The position numbers and the translations under genes were made by a program. The notes below the pieces were generated by a model. That model was given only the letters and a program-made list of their open reading frames with translations. It ran no database searches and was not told the origin of the DNA. DNA of 63,298 nt, filler included, from Guillardia theta CCMP2712 (taxonomy: Eukaryota; Protista; Cryptophyta): NCBI RefSeq assembly GCF_000315625.1. It is 7 parts of 7 records of this genome, joined end to end, with 100 filler letters (N's around TTAATTAATTAA, not from the genome) between each part and the next. Parts side by side here need not be neighbours in the genome. Positions count along the whole stretch, not along the records: positions 59,167 to 63,298 come from NW_005434146.1; 6 more parts are not named here. One strand, given 5' to 3'. Positions 61,201 to 63,298 of this stretch are shown here, one piece after another (position 1 is the first letter of the stretch; each line of letters starts with the position of its first letter).

Positions 61201-63288
61201 TTACTCACATCTCAGGTTCCTATACGCTACATACCTCTTGTGCCCCTCCGTCGTCCTCAGATCCATAAACCCCTTCACCAGAAGCTGCAGCTCGCACACG
61301 TGCCCCGCTACCCCCAGCTCCCTCGTCCTCTCCGTCACCACCCGTAGGTTCAAAAGTACGTCCCTGTACCCCCCCGTCGTCCGCGCGTCGAAGCTCGGGT
61401 CCAGCCTGTTCTTGATCCTCATCACCACGATCTCGGGGTCTCCCAGGATCCGCTCCAGACACTCGCACAGGTCCTCGAGCTGCTCGAAGACGATGCACTG
61501 CCGCACCACGTCCAGCAGCCTCGACACGTCGTTGTTGTAGGATCGCACGAGCTTCTCCACCGCCCGGTCCACGCTCTTCATCGGCGCCCATCGGATCCGC
61601 TGCTGAAGCTCCTCGTCCTCCTTCGCCTCCCTCCACCCGATACACTCCACCGACCCGTTAAATCCATGGGGCAGAGCCGGGAACAAGCCCCTCGACTCCT
61701 CCGCCAGCTCCTGTACCTTCTTCCGGAAGATCGGGTCGGCAAACACCGCCTGCGCGTACAGCTGGTCTAGCGACACCACCCGCGGGTCCTTGCTCAGCGG
61801 CCACACGCTCTTGCTCGGCACACGCAGCGAGGAGGACCCGCCCTGGCTCCTCCTCAGCATCCACTCCAGCGGGCTCGACGACGACTCTAGCGGGCTGTCG
61901 GGGTCATGCACGCGGCTCTGAACCAGCGTGGTCGGGACTTGGACCTGCGAGACCAGCTGGCCGATGCGCTCCAGGGTCAGGCGGCTGGTTTGGGAGGAAG
62001 AGAGAGACTGCCAGAGGTCGTTGTACTTGAGAAGCTCCGACTTGACGTTGTTGAAGGCCCTGTGAAGCAGAAATTGTCTTCCGATGGTCAAATAAAGCCA
62101 ATAGGCAAGTAGCAAGTAGTTACTGTACCCAAAGGTGTCGACGGTTGGAGGTGACCTAAACCATTGGGTGTAAAGTGCCACACCACCGCACGATGTGAAG
62201 ATGCAGTAGAAGGGCAAGACTGTCATCATGTACTGCTCTCGAAACTCGATCACCATCCCGAAAGAAAAGTCCCCAATGCCCCAAAAAAGATAAGGAGCAA
62301 GAACATCTGTATCTAGAAAGGCATGGCTTATTTCAAAAACACCTATGACGTGAAACATGGACGCGAACATCGTCTTCGGTACCCGTCGATACCCTAGCCT
62401 TGCCGTCACTACCGCCAAGACGCATACAAGAGGCTGAACAAAGGAGAAGATCGCTGCAATTATCTTCGGTAGTAGAAACTGAACGCTGAAACTCATCCGA
62501 GCCCCCCTGTAAGCCTCGCCCTCCTTGCACACTCCCATCCCCGGCCTCTCTCTGCACGAGAAGCTCGTCCAGTCCTTCCACGCCTTCCCCGACACACTCC
62601 CTACTTCCTCCCCGCTCCCCACCGGCTGCTCCAGTATCGAGAGGTTGAAGGCGATCGGGTCGTAGCCCGCCAGCTGCTTGTCAGGGTTGAGGCTGAAGTG
62701 CCAGCCGTTGGCCTCCGCCGGCGGAGCGAAGAAGAAGTAGAGCGTGTTGTTCACCGTCTTGGTGGACGCCGGAGATCGCTGGTTGCAGCTGTCAAGCATG
62801 AGAGAGAAGTTGGAGACGGAGGCGCTGGGAACGGAGGCGCGAGGAGCTTGATCGCGGTATTCTTGTATGTGCAATCTTGCGACATAGACGGAAGTAGCTT
62901 TGTTTTGCAGGAATCCGCTGAGATCAGAAGATTGGGAGTACATGTACGTCAGGAACGCTGCGACGGCAAGAAGCACGACCTGCGTTGTAAGCTTCTGCAA
63001 CGCATTGCTCACAGGGTTGGAAGAAAACATGACGCTCGAGGTCATGGTATTCTGTATCCCGGTGACGATGTTTCGTAGCTTCTCGTCCATGATGCCTGCA
63101 GGATACTTGCCCTTGTACTTCATGAAAGATCTTTGCGAGAATTCAACCGAATCCCTTTTAACAAAACTGATTGATTGAGATCTCCAAAAACTGTCAATTC
63201 TTGAATCGATTGCCTCTGACATTTGACTCATGCTGACTTGGATTGACACATCTTCCACCTTCGAAAAAACATTTCCCTGGCAAACCAT
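61201..63288 (-). CDS. Intronless ~6-TM membrane protein with an extracytoplasmic domain and a C-terminal RelA/SpoT-like nucleotidyltransferase (synthetase) domain
   Basis: PMKSVDRAVEKL, LLDVVR, RIKNR, GGYRDVLLN, CELQL and GHKRY appear in RelA/SpoT synthetase order, with hydrophobic helices upstream. The frame is open to the window edge. Confidence 0.88.
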   Translation of the reverse strand: MVCQGNVFSKVEDVSIQVSMSQMSEAIDSRIDSFWRSQSISFVKRDSVEFSQRSFMKYKGKYPAGIMDEKLRNIVTGIQNTMTSSVMFSSNPVSNALQKLTTQVVLLAVAAFLTYMYSQSSDLSGFLQNKATSVYVARLHIQEYRDQAPRASVPSASVSNFSLMLDSCNQRSPASTKTVNNTLYFFFAPPAEANGWHFSLNPDKQLAGYDPIAFNLSILEQPVGSGEEVGSVSGKAWKDWTSFSCRERPGMGVCKEGEAYRGARMSFSVQFLLPKIIAAIFSFVQPLVCVLAVVTARLGYRRVPKTMFASMFHVIGVFEISHAFLDTDVLAPYLFWGIGDFSFGMVIEFREQYMMTVLPFYCIFTSCGGVALYTQWFRSPPTVDTFGYSNYLLLAYWLYLTIGRQFLLHRAFNNVKSELLKYNDLWQSLSSSQTSRLTLERIGQLVSQVQVPTTLVQSRVHDPDSPLESSSSPLEWMLRRSQGGSSSLRVPSKSVWPLSKDPRVVSLDQLYAQAVFADPIFRKKVQELAEESRGLFPALPHGFNGSVECIGWREAKEDEELQQRIRWAPMKSVDRAVEKLVRSYNNDVSRLLDVVRQCIVFEQLEDLCECLERILGDPEIVVMRIKNRLDPSFDARTTGGYRDVLLNLRVVTERTRELGVAGHVCELQLLVKGFMDLRTTEGHKRYVAYRNLRCE

Positions 63289-63298
63289 GCCCTCTCGT

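Overview
Eukaryotic nuclear DNA from the left end of a chromosome or scaffold. It is intron-rich, with microsatellite-filled introns, (CCCTAAA)n telomeric repeats, bipartite ASA-F-type plastid presequences and a probable ciliary gene. This points to an alga with a complex red plastid, most likely a cryptophyte such as Guillardia theta (inference). Bases 1-6170 hold a head-to-tail array of telomere-inserted retroelements separated by TTTAGGG tracts: two diverged long copies that encode only an RRM-like ORF1, plus a 5'-truncated copy. Where the 3' end is visible it reads AATAAACTCA, then a trinucleotide tail joined at TA|GGGTTT. The interior carries ordinary genes (PQ-loop/MPDU1-like, LRAT, SET, NAP, complex I ESSS subunit, fucosyltransferase, METTL6-like, PsbQ-like, 4xCX9C, histone-fold) and a decayed accessory block (copia RT relic, Crinkler-like NTPase-nuclease pseudogene). 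Several GC-rich palindrome-dense islands occur, and the relics show a recurrent 4-5 nt micro-insertion signature. At the right end is an intronless multi-TM protein fused to a RelA/SpoT-type synthetase domain. All alignments, motifs and exon boundaries were read by eye; no database searches were run.
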